A stretch of DNA of 64,000 nt from Eledone cirrhosa (Eukaryota): positions 296,670,001-296,734,000 of the forward strand of contig OZ024741.1 in NCBI GenBank assembly GCA_964016885.1, written 5' to 3'. The translations under genes and the position numbers were made by a program. Under the pieces are notes generated by a model. That model did not search any database. It was not told the origin of the DNA and saw only the letters and a list, made by a program, of their open reading frames with translations. Positions 43,621 through 56,778 of the stretch are shown piece by piece. The first letter of the stretch is position 1; every line of letters begins with the position of its first letter.

Positions 43621-46600
43621 ATATTGGTGTTACAGCTTGTCACTGTGGAGGGAGGGAACACTGTCACAGATTGGTGTTACAGCTTGTCTCTGTGGAGGGG
43701 GGATCACTGTCTCAGATTGGTGTTACAGCTTGTCTCTGTGGAGAGGGGGGAACACTGTCTCAGATTGGTGTTACAGCTTGTCACTGTGGAGGGAGGGAAC
43801 ACTGTCACAGATTGGTGTTACAGCTTGTCACTGTGGAGGGAGGGAACACTGTCACAGATTGGTGTTACAGCTTGTCTCTGTGGAAGGGGGGATCACTGTC
43901 ACATATTGGTGTTACAGCTTGTCTCTGTGGAGTGGAGGGAACACTGTCACAGATTGGTGTTACAGCTTGTCTCTGTGGAGTGGAGGGAACGCTGTCACAG
44001 ATTGGTGTTACAGCTTGTCTCTGTGGAGTGGAGGGAACACTGTCACAGATTGGTGTTACAGCTTGTCACTGTGGAGGGAGGGAACACTGTCACAGATTGG
44101 TGTTACAGCTTGTCTCTGTGGAGAGGAGGGAACACTGTCACAGATTGGTGTTACAGCTTGTCACTGTGGAGGGAGGGAACACTGTCACAGATTGGTGTTA
44201 CAGCTTGTCTTTGTGGAAGGGGGGATCACTGTCACAGATTGGTGTTACAGCTTGTCTCTGTGGAGGGGAGAGATCACAGTGTCTCAGATTGGTGTTACAG
44301 CTTGTCTCTGTGGAGGGTAGAGATCACTGTAACAGATTGGTGTTACAGCTTGTCTCTGTGGGGGGGGGGGGTCACTGTCTCAGATTGGTGTTACAGCTTG
44401 TCTCTGTGGAGGGGAGAGATCACTGTCACAGATTGGTGTTACAGCTTGTCTCTGTGGAGTGGAGGGATCACTGCTACAGATTGGTGTTACAGCTTGTCTC
44501 TGTGGAGGGTAGAGATCACTGTAACAGATTGGTGTTACAGCTTGTCTCTGTGGAGCGGAGGGAACACTGTCACAGATTGGTGTTACAGATTGTCTGTGGA
44601 GAGGAGGGAACACTGTCACATATTGGTGTTACAGCTTGTCACTGTGGAGTGGAGGGAACACTGTCACAGATTGGTGTTACAGCTTGTCTCTGTGGAGGGG
44701 AGGGAACACTGTCACAGATTGGTGTTACATATTGTCTCTGTAGAGGGGAGGGATCACTGTTACAGATTGGTGTTACAGCTTGTCTCTGTGGAGGGGAGAG
44801 ATCACTGTAACAGATTGGTGTTACAGCTTGTCTCTGTGGAGGGGGGGGGGTCACTGTCTCAGATTGGTGTTACAGCTTTTCTCTGTGGAGAGGAGGGAAC
44901 ACTGTCACATATTGGTGTTACAGCTTGTCTCTGTGGAGTGGAGGGAACACTGTCACATATTGGTGTTACAGCTTGTCTCTGTGGAGGGGAGGGAACACTG
45001 TCACAGATTGGTGTTACAGCTTGTCTCTGTGGAAGGGGGGATCACTGTCTCAGATTGGTGTTACAGCTTGTCTCTGTGGAGTGGAGGGAACACTGTCACA
45101 TATTGGTGTTACAGCTTGTCTCTGTGGAGAGGAGGGATCACTGTCTCAGATTGGTGTTACAGCTTGTCTCTGTGGAGGGGAGAGATCACAGTGTCTCAGA
45201 TTGGTGTTACAGCTTGTCTCTGTGGAGGGGGGGTCACTGTCTCAGATTGGTGTTACAGCTTGTCTGTGGAGAGGAGGGATCACTGTCTCAGATTGGTGTT
45301 ACAGCTTGTCTCTGTGGAGGGGAGGGATCACTGTCTCAGATTGGCGTTACAGCTTGTCTCTGTGGAGGGGAGGGAACACTGTCACAGATTGGTGTTACAG
45401 CTTGTCTGTGGAGGGGGGTCACTGTCTCAGATTGGTGTTACAGCTTGTCTCTGTGGAGGGGAGGGAACACTGTCACAGATTGGTGTTACAGCTTGTCTCT
45501 GTAGAGGGGAGGGATCACTGTCACAGATTGGTGTTACAGCTTGTTTCTGTGGAGGGGGAGGTCACTGTCTCAGATTGGTGTTACAGCTTGTCTCTGTGGA
45601 GGGGAGGGAACACTGTCACAGATTGGTGTTACAGCTTGTCTCTGTGGAGGGGGTGGGTCACTGTCTCAGATTGGTGTTACAGCTTGTCTCTGTGGAGGGT
45701 AGAGATAACTGTCTCAGATTGGTGTTACAGCTTGTCTCTGTGGAGGGGAGGGATCACTGTCTCAGATTGGTGTTACAGCTTGTCTCTGTGGAGTGGAGGG
45801 AACACTGTCACAGATTGGTGTTACAGCTTGTCTCTGTGGAGGGGGGGGTCACTGTCTCAGATTGGTGTTACAGCTTGTCTCTGTGGAGGGGAGGGAACAC
45901 TGTCACAGATTGGTGTTACAGCTTGTCTCTGTGGAGGGGGGGATCACTGTCTCAGATTGGTGTTACAGCTTGTCTCTGTGGAGGGGAGAGATCACAGTGT
46001 CTCAGATTGGTGTTACAGCTTGTCTCTGTGGAGGGGAGGGAACACTGTCACAGATTGGTGTTACAGCTTGTCTGTGGAGGGGGGTCACTGTCTCAGATTG
46101 GTGTTACAGCTTGTCTCTGTGGAGGGGGGGGCACTCTCTCAGATTGGTGTTACAGCTTGTCTCTGTGGAGGGGAGGGAACACTGTCACAGATTGGTGTTA
46201 CAGCTTGTCTCTGTGGATGCGGGGGGGGATCACTGTCTCAGATTGGTGTTACAGCTTGTCTCTGTGGAGGGGAGAGATCACAGTGTCTCAGATTGGTGTT
46301 ACAGCTTGTCTCTGTGGAGGGGGGGGGATCACTGTCACAGATTGGTGTTACAGCTTGTCTCTGTGGAGTGGAGGGAACACTGTCACAGATTGGTGTTACA
46401 GCTTGTCTCTGTGGAGGGGGGGGTCACTGTCTCAGATTGGTGTTACAGCTTTTCTCTGTGGAGGGTAGAGATCACTGTCTCAGATTGGTGTTACAGCTTG
46501 TCTCTGTGGAGTGGAGGGAACACTGTCACAGATTGGTGTTACAGCTTGTCTCTGTGGAGAGGAGGGAACACTGTCACAGATTGGTGTTACAGCTTGTCTC

Positions 46601-48679
46601 TCTAGAGGGGAGGGATCACTGTCACAGATTGGTGTTACAGCTTGTCTCTGTGGAGGGGGGCGGGTCACTGTCTCAGATTGGTGTTACAGCTTGTCTCTGT
46701 GGAGGGGAGGGAACACTGTCACAGATTGGTGTTACAGCTTGTCTCTGTAGAGGGGAGGGATCACTGTCACAGATTGGTGTTACAGCTTGTCTCTGTGGAG
46801 GGGGGGGGTCACTGTCTCAGATTGGTGTTACAGCTTGTCTCTGTGGAGGGGAGAGAACACTCACAGATTGGTGTTACAGCTTGTCTCTGTGGAGGGTGGG
46901 GGGGGGGGGTCACTGTCTCAGATTGGTGTTACAGCTTGTCTCTGTGAGGGGAGGGAACACTGTCTCAGATTGGTGTTACAGCTTGTCTCTGTGGAGGGTA
47001 GAGATCACTGTCTCAGATTGGTGTTACAACTTGTCTCTGTGGAGTGGAGGGAACACTGTCACAGATTGGTGTTACAGCTTGTCTCTGTGGAGGGGAGGGA
47101 TCACTGTCTCAGATTGGTGTTACAGCTTGTCTCTGTGGAGGGGAGGGATCACTGTCACAGATTGGTGTTACAGCTTGTCTCTGTGGAGGGGGGGGGGTCA
47201 CTGTCTCAGATTGGTGTTACAGCTTGTCTCTGTGGAGGAGAGGGATCACTGTCACAGATTGGTGTTACAGCTTGTCTCTGTGGAGGGTAGAGATCACTGT
47301 CTCAGATTGGTGTTACAGCTTGTCTCTGTGGAGGGGAGGGAACACTGTCACAGATTGGTGTTACAGCTTGTCTCTGTAGAGGGGAGGGATCACTGTCACA
47401 GATTGGTGTTACAGCTTGTCTCTGTGGAGGGGGGGGGGGTCACTGTCTCAGATTGGTGTTACAGCTTGTCTCTGTGGAGGGGAGGGAACACTGTCACAGA
47501 TTGGTGTTACAGCTTGTCTCTGTGGAGGGTAGAGATCACTGTCTCAGATTGGTGTTACAGCTTGTCTCTGTGGAGTGGAGGGAACACTGTCACAGATTGG
47601 TGTTACAGCTTGTCTCTGTGGAGGGGAGGGATCACTGTCTTAGATTGGTGTTACAGCTTGTCTCTGTGGAGTGGAGGGAACACTGTCACAGATTGGTGTT
47701 ACAGCTTGTCTCTGTGGAGGGGAGGGATCACTGTCTCAGATTGGTGTTACAGCTTGTCTCTGTGGAGGGGGGGGGGGGTCACTGTCTCAGATTGGTGTTA
47801 CAGCTTGTCTCTGTGGAGGGGAGAGATCACTGTCACAGATTGGTGTTACAGCTTGTCTCTGTAGAGGGGAGGGATCACTATCTCAGATTGGTGTTACAGC
47901 TTGTCTCTGTGGAGGGGAGAGATCACTGTCACAGATTGGTGTTACAGCTTGTCTCTGTAGAGGGGAGGGATCACTGTCTCAGATTGGTGTTACAGCTTGT
48001 CTCTGTAGAGGGGAGAGATCACTGTCACAGATTGGTGTTACAGCTTGTCTCTGTAGAGGGGAGGGATCACTGTCACAGATTGGTGTTACAGCTTGTCTCT
48101 GTGGAGGGGAGAGATCACTGTCACAGATTGGTGTTACAGCTTGTCTCTGTAGAGGGGAGGGATCACTATCTCAGATTGGTGTTACAGCTTGTCTCTGTGG
48201 AGGGGAGAGATCACTGTCACAGATTGGTGTTACAGCTTGTCTCTGTAGAGGGGAGGGATCACTATCTCAGATTGGTGTTACAGCTTGTCTCTGTGGAGGG
48301 GAGAGATCACTGTCACAGATTGGTGTTACAGCTTGTCTCTGTAGAGGGGAGGGATCACTGTCTCAGATTGGTGTTACAGCTTGTCTCTGTAGAGGGGAGA
48401 GATCACTGTCACAGATTGGTGTTACAGCTTGTCTCTGTAGAGGGGAGGGATCACTGTCACAGATTGGTGTTACAGCTTGTCTCTGTGGAGGGGAGAGATC
48501 ACTGTCACAGATTGGTGTTACAGCTTGTCTCTGTAGAGGGGAGGGATCACTGTCACAGATTGGTGTTACAGCTTGTCTCTGTGGAGGGGAGAGATCACTG
48601 TCACAGATTGGTGTTACAGCTTGTCTCTGTGGAGGGGAGAGATCACTGTCACAGATTGGTGTTACAGCTTGTCTCTGTA
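43621..48679. repeat. About 48-bp intronic minisatellite, about 105 copies
   Basis: Unit gattggtgttacagcttgtctctgtggaggggagggatcactgtcaca with a variable G-rich segment. Confidence 0.97.
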
Positions 48680-48712
48680 CCAAATAATACTACTAATAAT
48701 AAGAACACTTAC

Positions 48713-48754
48713 ACATTCCTGATTCTGATTTAAGGCTCTCTACAGAGGTTAAAT
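48713..48754 (-). CDS. Coding exon 2 (42 nt, phase 1-1): (D)LTSVESLKSESGM
   Basis: Acceptor tttgtttttag, donor GTAAGT, frame preserved with exons 1 and 3. Confidence 0.75.
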
Positions 48755-48790
48755 CTAAAAACAAAAAAAGACCAAAATGATATCAATCCT

Positions 48791-48899
<109 letters not shown>

Positions 48900-48919
48900 A
48901 TATATATATATATATATTA

Positions 48920-49480
48920 TATTCCTACCAATGGTACAGTGCTGTGAGCTCTGGACAGGCGAAGGAAACATGTCATGCAAACAGACCACACCTGTTCATT
49001 GTTAAGGAAACGATACATGAGAGGACGAGTGTCTCAGTCATCACATCACTGATTTCATTCTTTCCATGCATACTCAGCAGCAAACCTATCACGTGCCTGT
49101 TGGAGATCACCTTCTGACAAGTTAAATAATATCATGACTTCTGCAAATTCCAGTCAACTGATCCTACACTCGTCGGTCTTGATACCACTTCAAACCCGGC
49201 TGTGAATGTCAATCCTGTTCATGAACATTATGAACAGGTGAGGTGGCGGAATCTTGACACCCACATTGAATGATTTCAACTTAACACCTTTTATCCGAAA
49301 ACAAATATATGGGCATTCGTATAAAGACAACAGGGCAACAAGAAGCAGTCCATCGATCCCATACTCCTGCAGAACCTTTCACAACAGACCTCGTGGAACG
49401 CAGTCATACACCTCTAGGCAATACTCGCATGATTTTTCAAAGACATGTCGCAGTGTGTATATTTGGTCTGCTGCATCTGG
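48920..49480 (-). mobile_element. Decayed RTE fragment (same family as 35750-37540)
   Basis: AADQIYTLRHVFEKSCEY...YDCVPRGLL and further RT remnants. Confidence 0.65.
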
Positions 49481-49892
49481 GGCAACTGCGGAGGATATGC
49501 GACGGCTAGAGAGAAATGAAGCAAGCATGCTCCGTTGGATGTGCAATGTCAATGTGCGTGAACGACCAAGCATAGACGAGTTGAGAGAGAAACTGTGTAT
49601 AAGAGGGATAGGCTGTAGTGTGCGGGAGAGAAGAATGCGTTGGTATGGACATGTGATGCGCATGGAGGATGAACTCTGGATAAAGAAGTGCCAACAAAAC
49701 CCAGTAGAAGGAAGGCGCAGCCGAGGAAGACCACGAAAAACATGGGCGAAGGTGGTGAGAGCAGACCTCAGATCGCTGAAGCTCACGGAGGAGATGACAA
49801 AGGACCGTGACGAATGGAGAGATGCCGTGCTTAATAAGACCCGCCCCACCCTTGCAAGCAGGGAAAAGCGGAAATAAAATGATGATGATAAT
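49480..49892 (+). mobile_element. RTE-BovB 3' end fragment
   Basis: WGATAEDMRRLERNE...RWYGHVMR...GRPRKTW. Tail aaaatgatgatgat. Confidence 0.85.
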
Positions 49893-50077
49893 AATGTTTC
49901 TACTTTTGGCACAAGATCAGCGATTACCCCAGTGCATTACTGGTGCTTTATTTTATCGACCCCGTAAGGATGAAAGGCAAAGTTAACCTCGGCGGGATTT
50001 GAACTCAGAACACAAAGGGCCATAATTCTATGCTGCAAAGCATAGTGTCTGACGCTCTACCGATACTACCAAACCAC

Positions 50078-50143
<66 letters not shown>

Positions 50144-50242
50144 TTATTTATTTATTTATATATATATATAATGGAGGACAAAGAAATGTTAAGTTATCGT
50201 GTTTGTATATTATATATTTCGAAGTTTTTCATAATTACTTAC

Positions 50243-50453
50243 CCTGCTGGATATTTGTTTGAGCCGATTCATTTATATCCAGTCTTCGTGCTGGTGGTAA
50301 TGGATCCTCCAAAGGTGGAGCTACACATACGTCATCTTGGTGCTGACATCGTCCTGGTCGACGGTAACAAGGAATGCTAATCTCAGCCAAATATTGGGCT
50401 CTGGCAATAAATTTTGCAAAACGGCCGGAGCGACGTTTGCTCTTTTCAGTCAT
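50243..50453 (-). CDS. Coding exon 1 of an uncharacterised 193-aa spliced gene
   Basis: ATG at 50453. ORF MTEKSKRRSGRFAKF...QTNIQQ ends at CAG G|GTAAGT, a phase-1 donor. 211 nt. Confidence 0.75.
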
Positions 50454-50628
50454 ATTTATGGAAAAAGAAAAGTAAATTTAACAAATATAAACAATAATGT
50501 ATCGATATATCACAACAAATGAAATAATTGATTGATTTTTTTCACACAAGAAAATATCGAGCTATTCGCATTGATATATATCTAGGTAAAAGAATAAAAA
50601 TACAAAAAATCTTTCTCTCAATTTGCCA

Positions 50629-50642
50629 TTATGACGTCATAA
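50629..50642. promoter_or_regulatory. Palindromic CRE site (TTATGACGTCATAA) about 180 bp upstream of the ATG
   Basis: Perfect TGACGTCA inside a 14-bp palindrome. A TATCGATA (DRE-like) motif lies at 50500-50507. Confidence 0.4.
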
Positions 50643-50873
50643 TAAATTTCATTTGCAACACTCACTTAAAGCACGTTGCTACACACACAGACATAAACAC
50701 AACGACACATATACAGGCACGCACACTTATCAACCCTGATTCGTTTGGTCTCAGATCAAAAGCATGCTAACCATGCCCACCTCACCTTTATATTCAAATA
50801 AATAATTATATTATACCACCGTATATATATATTATATATATATATATCATATATATATATGTATATATATATA

Positions 50874-52030
50874 TCATCATCATCATCATCATCATTTTAC
50901 GTCCGCTTTTCCCTGCTTGCAAGGGTTGGACGGGTCCTATTCAGCACAGCATCTCTCCACACGTCACGGTCCTTCGTCATCTCCTCCGTGAGTTTCAGCG
51001 ATCTGAGGTCTGTTCTCACCACCTCCGCCCATGTTTTTCGTGGTCTACCTCTACTGCGTCTTACTTCTACTGGGACTTTCTGGCACTTCTTCACCCATCG
51101 GTCATCCCCCATGCGCATCACATGTCCATACCATCTCATCCTTCTCTCCTGCACACCACAACTTATCCCTCTTATACCCAGTTTGTTTCTCAACTCGTCT
51201 AAGCTCGGTCATTCACGCACATTGGCATTCCACATCCAACGGGACATACTTGCTTCATTTCTCTTCAGCCGTCGCATATCTTCTGCAGTTGCTGCCCATG
51301 TCTCACTACCATGCAGCATCGCGCATATCACACAGGCATTATATAACCAGCCTTTCGTACGCAGGGAGAAACCCTTCTTTGTCAACAGAGGGAGCAGCTC
51401 CCTAAACTTCTTCCAACCCGTCCTTATTCTAGATACTATGGCCTCGGAACCCCCCCCCCCTCCCATGCTAATCTGATCACCTAGGTACCGGAAGCTATCA
51501 ACCACTTCTATAGAACCAACCTGCATTGGAAAAATGAGTCTATCACTACGATTACTACTGCCAACTTTTCCTGTACATCTACTGCATATGTAGTTTTCCC
51601 AACCTGTTAGTTTGCCTACTATCCCCTACATCTCTTATGTACCCAAGATCTGCATTGCATACATTTTATGGAATTTATGCCAGTTCCTTTCGTACATATC
51701 GAACATGGCCATTTCCCTGATGGAATCAGAGTATTGTCCTCTCTTCTACTTATCAACGCCCTTGTTTTAGCTATGTTCACTCTCAGTCCTCTTGATTCCA
51801 ACTGCTGTTTCCATAGCCAGAATTTATTCTCTAGCCCTTTACTGATTCTGTTATAAGAACCAGATCATCAGCATAGAGAAGTTCCCATTTAAATCCAGTC
51901 TTAAACTCCTCCGTTATGGCTTGGAGGACTATAATGAACAAGAGTGGGCTGAGGACAGAACCTTGATCTACACCTACTTGTATCTGGAATTCCTCACTAA
52001 ACTCCATTCTTTTCTCACTTTACTGACCGC
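50874..52030 (-). mobile_element. RTE-BovB LINE 3' portion
   Basis: QGSVLSPLLF, LLYADDLVL, PHD-like Cys motif, MLHGSETW, RWYGHVMR. (GAT)n tail. Confidence 0.88.
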
Positions 52031-53748
52031 TATACACTTTCCATTTATCTTATGGATGGATGGATGGATATAGATATATAGATGTAGATATAGATATTCA
52101 AATTGGAAAGAAGTTGCTGAAGAGGAAGATCAAGGAAGTCCTGGATTGAAGTGATGAGAGCTAATCTCACTGAGGAGATGACAATTGAAGAGATGTTGTA
52201 CTGAGAAGGAGCTGTCCAACCCATGCAAGCGTGAAGCAACAAACATAAAATGATGATGATGATATTTAGAAATAAATGAAATTAAATGCAACCAATATGT
52301 AAGTTAAGTGATGTGAAATATCGTCTACCACTAACGAAGGATTAGCCGCCATTTTAACGAAGATTTGTGCACGTGTGAACCTATTACACAGTCATCGTCT
52401 GTGCATGTTTAACATTTTTGAAAATCTGATAGAGGCATGGCTGTCAAAACAACTTCAGCCCAACACCAACAAACACAATCACTTTCGTCACGACAGGGCA
52501 TTAACACTATATACAGATAACTGAATGAGTGAAACCTCCATGTGCACACTCGACCTGTTGAAATATCAGCCAAACCAGAGCCTGTTGTTATAGGAACGTC
52601 AGATAGAATGATTTGTGGTATTCCGACTCTCTGCTGTCTGAGTTCAAATCACGCCGAGGTCAACTTTGCCTTTCATCCATTTCAGCTCGATAAAAATTGC
52701 CAGTCAAGTACTGGGGTTCTTTTTTTTTTTTTTTTCTGTGTCTCATTCTCTCACACTCTATCCCTCTCTGGAAGAAATTTGCTGTATTCAGACTTGGTGA
52801 GGAGATGGGCTCCGGCATCTTTAAAAATGCCCAAGGAACTCCATCAAGAATTACGGGACCATACCGTGTATTTGTTGGACCTACGTCACTTTCGACGATG
52901 AGTGTTCAGTTGTTTCAATTAACAGAACAGCCTGCTCGTGAAATTAACGTGCAAGTGGCTGAGCCTTCTAGAGAGATGTGCACCCTTAACGTAGTTCTCA
53001 GGAAGATTCGGTATGACAAAGCTAGTCCTTTGAATTGCAGATAGAATTCACTTTTGTCCAGCTGAGCTGACAAGATCAACGTGAAATAAAATGTTTTACT
53101 CAAGGACACAACACACCGCCCAGTCTTACAACCGTGCGCTCAGCACCATAACTACTAAACCTCTACAGTATTCTTTAATTAAAAAAATATAAAAAGCCTA
53201 CTCGATCAGGGTTGTCTTGGGTCTAAAGATCAGCTTTTACTACTGTTGCTACTACTACTACTACTGCTACTGCTACTACTACTACTACTACCACCGCCAC
53301 CACCAATACTGTTCTACTACTAATACTACTACCACCACCATCATTACTACTGCCACCTACTACATCGTTATCATCATCACTATCATCAACGTCATCACCA
53401 AAATCAACATCATAATCATCACTACTATCAGCACCATCTCCAGCAGTATAACCATCGTTGATATCGTCATCAACACCATCGTCCTCATCACCACTATTAT
53501 CACCACCGTCATCGCCACCATTACCACCACCATCATCATCATAGTTAATCAGTCAACGATGACTTTCCGTAAGAAATGTCGTCAGTGGTGATATCAAAAA
53601 CCAGCCGATTTCCTCCACTCGGTCTTCTTCAGTCCTCCTCACCTGCAGCTATCCATGGCCAAAGTTCTCCTCGTGTTACCTTTAATCACATCTTTGTCAC
53701 AGTCTGCTTCGTTTCACAAACCTCAAAACAACTGATATATAATCCCCC

Positions 53749-53867
<119 letters not shown>

Positions 53868-54539
53868 CAGGTATGGATGTTATTGTATGTGTGGATCTGT
53901 ATATTTTATATGTACACATACATCTGTTTTGTATCTATACATGTGTATATACAGTTACTACATGCAGAATTTTTGGAATGTTTTTTCCCCGCGTATATGG
54001 TGTGTTTTGTTTTTTGTATAAACAACTTTGAAAAAAAAAAAATAATGGTTTCTGATTTAAGCGCAAGACCAACAATTTTGGGAGAGGCGAAAGTCGATTA
54101 AATTGACCCCAGTGCATTAGTGGTACTTTATTCTATCGACCCGGTAAGGATGAAAAGCTAATATCGGCTGGATTTGAACTCAGAACATGAAGGGCCATAG
54201 CGATATGCCGCAAAGCATGGTGTCCGACGCTCTACCGATACTGCCAACAAAATAAAAATAATAGCATCTATAGAACTTTTCGCTCAGATGCCTCCTCATT
54301 CTTTGATATACATATAGGCAGCGGCGTGCAGAACTCTGGTGATGCCCGGGGTAAATCGTGATTGTATGCCCCAAAGACTCAAGTATAAGGTCTAATGTAC
54401 TGAGAAATAATATGAGAAAGGAAAACATTTTGAATATAATAAACACAGTTGAAATATGAAATAAACGCTTTATTCGATTTTAATATAAATCAACCAAATT
54501 TATTGTTCTTTTCCCCAAATGATGCCCCCCATCCAAAGG

Positions 54540-54850
54540 ATGCCCGGGGCCAACGCACGCTATTGCATATAGGATAGGATTTCCGCGGACAATGGCCAGC
54601 GATACCTGCTGCAACTGCCACCCCACCTCGCAGGGCTCTTTCCTGCAACGGGCTGCTGACGTTTCGATTTTGCAGAGGCGCTCGGCTGTCCGGGGTCCGA
54701 AGACGCCTGAAGTCTCGACGGTGACCAGTGCCGAGAAGAAGCGGCCAGACAAGCTCCGGTGTTTGCTTGTATTCCTGTCCTCTGCATAGCGGGCCGCAGT
54801 ACCGGGACGTTGTGGCCGAAGCGACTAAGTTGGAGGCGGAGAACGTGTCA
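54540..54850 (-). mobile_element. C-terminal restriction-like endonuclease fragment of a CRE-type non-LTR retrotransposon
   Basis: DTFSASNLVASA..VTVETSGVFGP..LQQVSLAIVRGN. Confidence 0.6.
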
Positions 54851-55265
54851 TTTTTGTTCTTATTTATTTTTGTGATCCTTCTTATGTAGCCCTCTTCCCC
54901 GACTGTCCACCGGGAATTGCTCACATTTCTGAATGCCAGTTCGTCTCTGAAAAAAAATCTCCAGAAAAAATGGTAATAGCGCTCGGTTACTGACATACGA
55001 GAACATAGTTAAAGAAGTGGAGAAGAAGGTAAATAAAAAGTGGTTCACGGGTGTTTCGGTAGGGGCGGCAACATACAATTATTTTTGAAAAGCATTTAGA
55101 AATGCGCAACCGGTAAAACTTAAAACCAAAACTGAATACTAACCAATACAATTACTAATTCTCATTTATTCCTAATTAAACTATTTTTCACTGTGAACAA
55201 TTTGTCAGCATTTTCTATTCCGTTTACCAATATATAATAACTTGTGTGTTACACCTCTATTCTTT

Positions 55266-55320
<55 letters not shown>

Positions 55321-56180
55321 CACACACAGAAATGTATATATATTTCTGTGTGTATATATATATTTCTGTGTGTGTATATATATATATATTCCACACACAG
55401 AAATGTATATATATTTCTGTGTGTATATATATATATATTACACACACAGAAATGTATATATATTTCTTAGAACAAAATTATTATTAATGTTTTGCTGTTC
55501 ATAACAATTGGAATTGAAAAATTACTTTTGAAATTATTAGTTACTTTACTAATGCTTAGATATGTAAACATGAAGCAATGTTTCTAATAATTGTTTCTAC
55601 TTTTGGCACAAGGCCAGCAATTACCCAGTACATTACTGGTACTTTATTTTATCGACCCCGTGACGATGAAGGGCAAAGTTAACCTCGGCGGTATTTGAAC
55701 TCAGACCGTAAAGGGACGTAACTCCATGCGATGAAGCATGGTGTCCGACTCTCTACAGATTCTGCCAATCCACCGCCCTAATGTCTGTACGTAATGAGGG
55801 AGTGAGAGGGGAGAGAAAGAAAGGCAGAGGTGAAGTGACGAAGTGACTTTCTCCTCCTCCTCCTCCTCCTCCTCCATCTCTCCATTCGTCACAGCGATAG
55901 AGGGGAGGAATGTTAGTGTGTTACAAAGAGAAAGAGTGAGAGTGAGAGAAACAGACAAACTAAAAGAGAGGGATAGCTGGAGAGAGAGAGAGATAGCAAC
56001 CACGCGCGCACGTGTTTCCACTGTCAGACAGACAGACAGAGAAATTGCTGGTTATATATTATAAGGAGATAATTGGCGTTGGATGCTTAAAGCGTCCGTA
56101 TGATCGCTCGATGCTCTCAGAGCAGAGTATGATATCACAGAAAAAAAGAGAGTCAGTGTTGCGACGAATGGAATTTATTG

Positions 56181-56276
56181 GACATATTACAATCGTTTCT
56201 CTGGCGACCAGCTCGAGGCACGATCGATGTGATGATCGAACCTGACTCTGAAAATCGCAAGGTCCTCAGATACGTC
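56181..56276 (-). ncRNA. Hammerhead ribozyme with long stem II, intact core
   Basis: GACGTAT-CTGAGGA-[CCTTGCGATT...GGTCGCCAGA]-GAAA-CGATTG-TA-ATATGTC. 7-bp stem I, cleavage triplet GUA. Confidence 0.7.
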
Positions 56277-56606
56277 TTATTGTAATATGTTCAATAAATT
56301 CCATTCGTCGCAACACTGATTCTCTTTTTTTCTGTGATATATATATATATATTAAAATTAGAACCTAACCGATTATGTATATTGTTATACTTTGGGAGGG
56401 TCATGCCGCCAATAAAAACACGCGCAACTGTTGAATTTCACTTCAATTTATTATAAACTCCCAGTCGGTTAGTTGAATAACCAGATGGTTGTTTAGTTGT
56501 TGATTGCCAAAGTTCTTTCGTCACATATTCTGTCACCTACTTAGTGACTACTTTTGTTATGTCTCTCCTTTGTTTGTGCTACATCACCTTGTTTTTGTGA
56601 GCTGTG

Positions 56607-56678
<72 letters not shown>

Positions 56679-56716
56679 AGGAGGTGAGTTTTATTGTAGT
56701 ACAATAAAGCAATGCA

Positions 56717-56769
<53 letters not shown>

Positions 56770-56778
<9 letters not shown>

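Noticed and set aside
43575-48733. Long repetitive Cys-rich ORFs and a possible CRISPR-like array
   Set aside because: A 48-bp unit that is stop-free in several frames, with frequent indels. The variable parts are near-identical G-rich variants, not unique spacers. There are no cas genes and the array lies in an intron.
53576-53740. Possible upstream exon of the orphan gene
   Set aside because: The sequence looks unique, but I found no convincing splice pair and no AG acceptor immediately before the exon 1 ATG.
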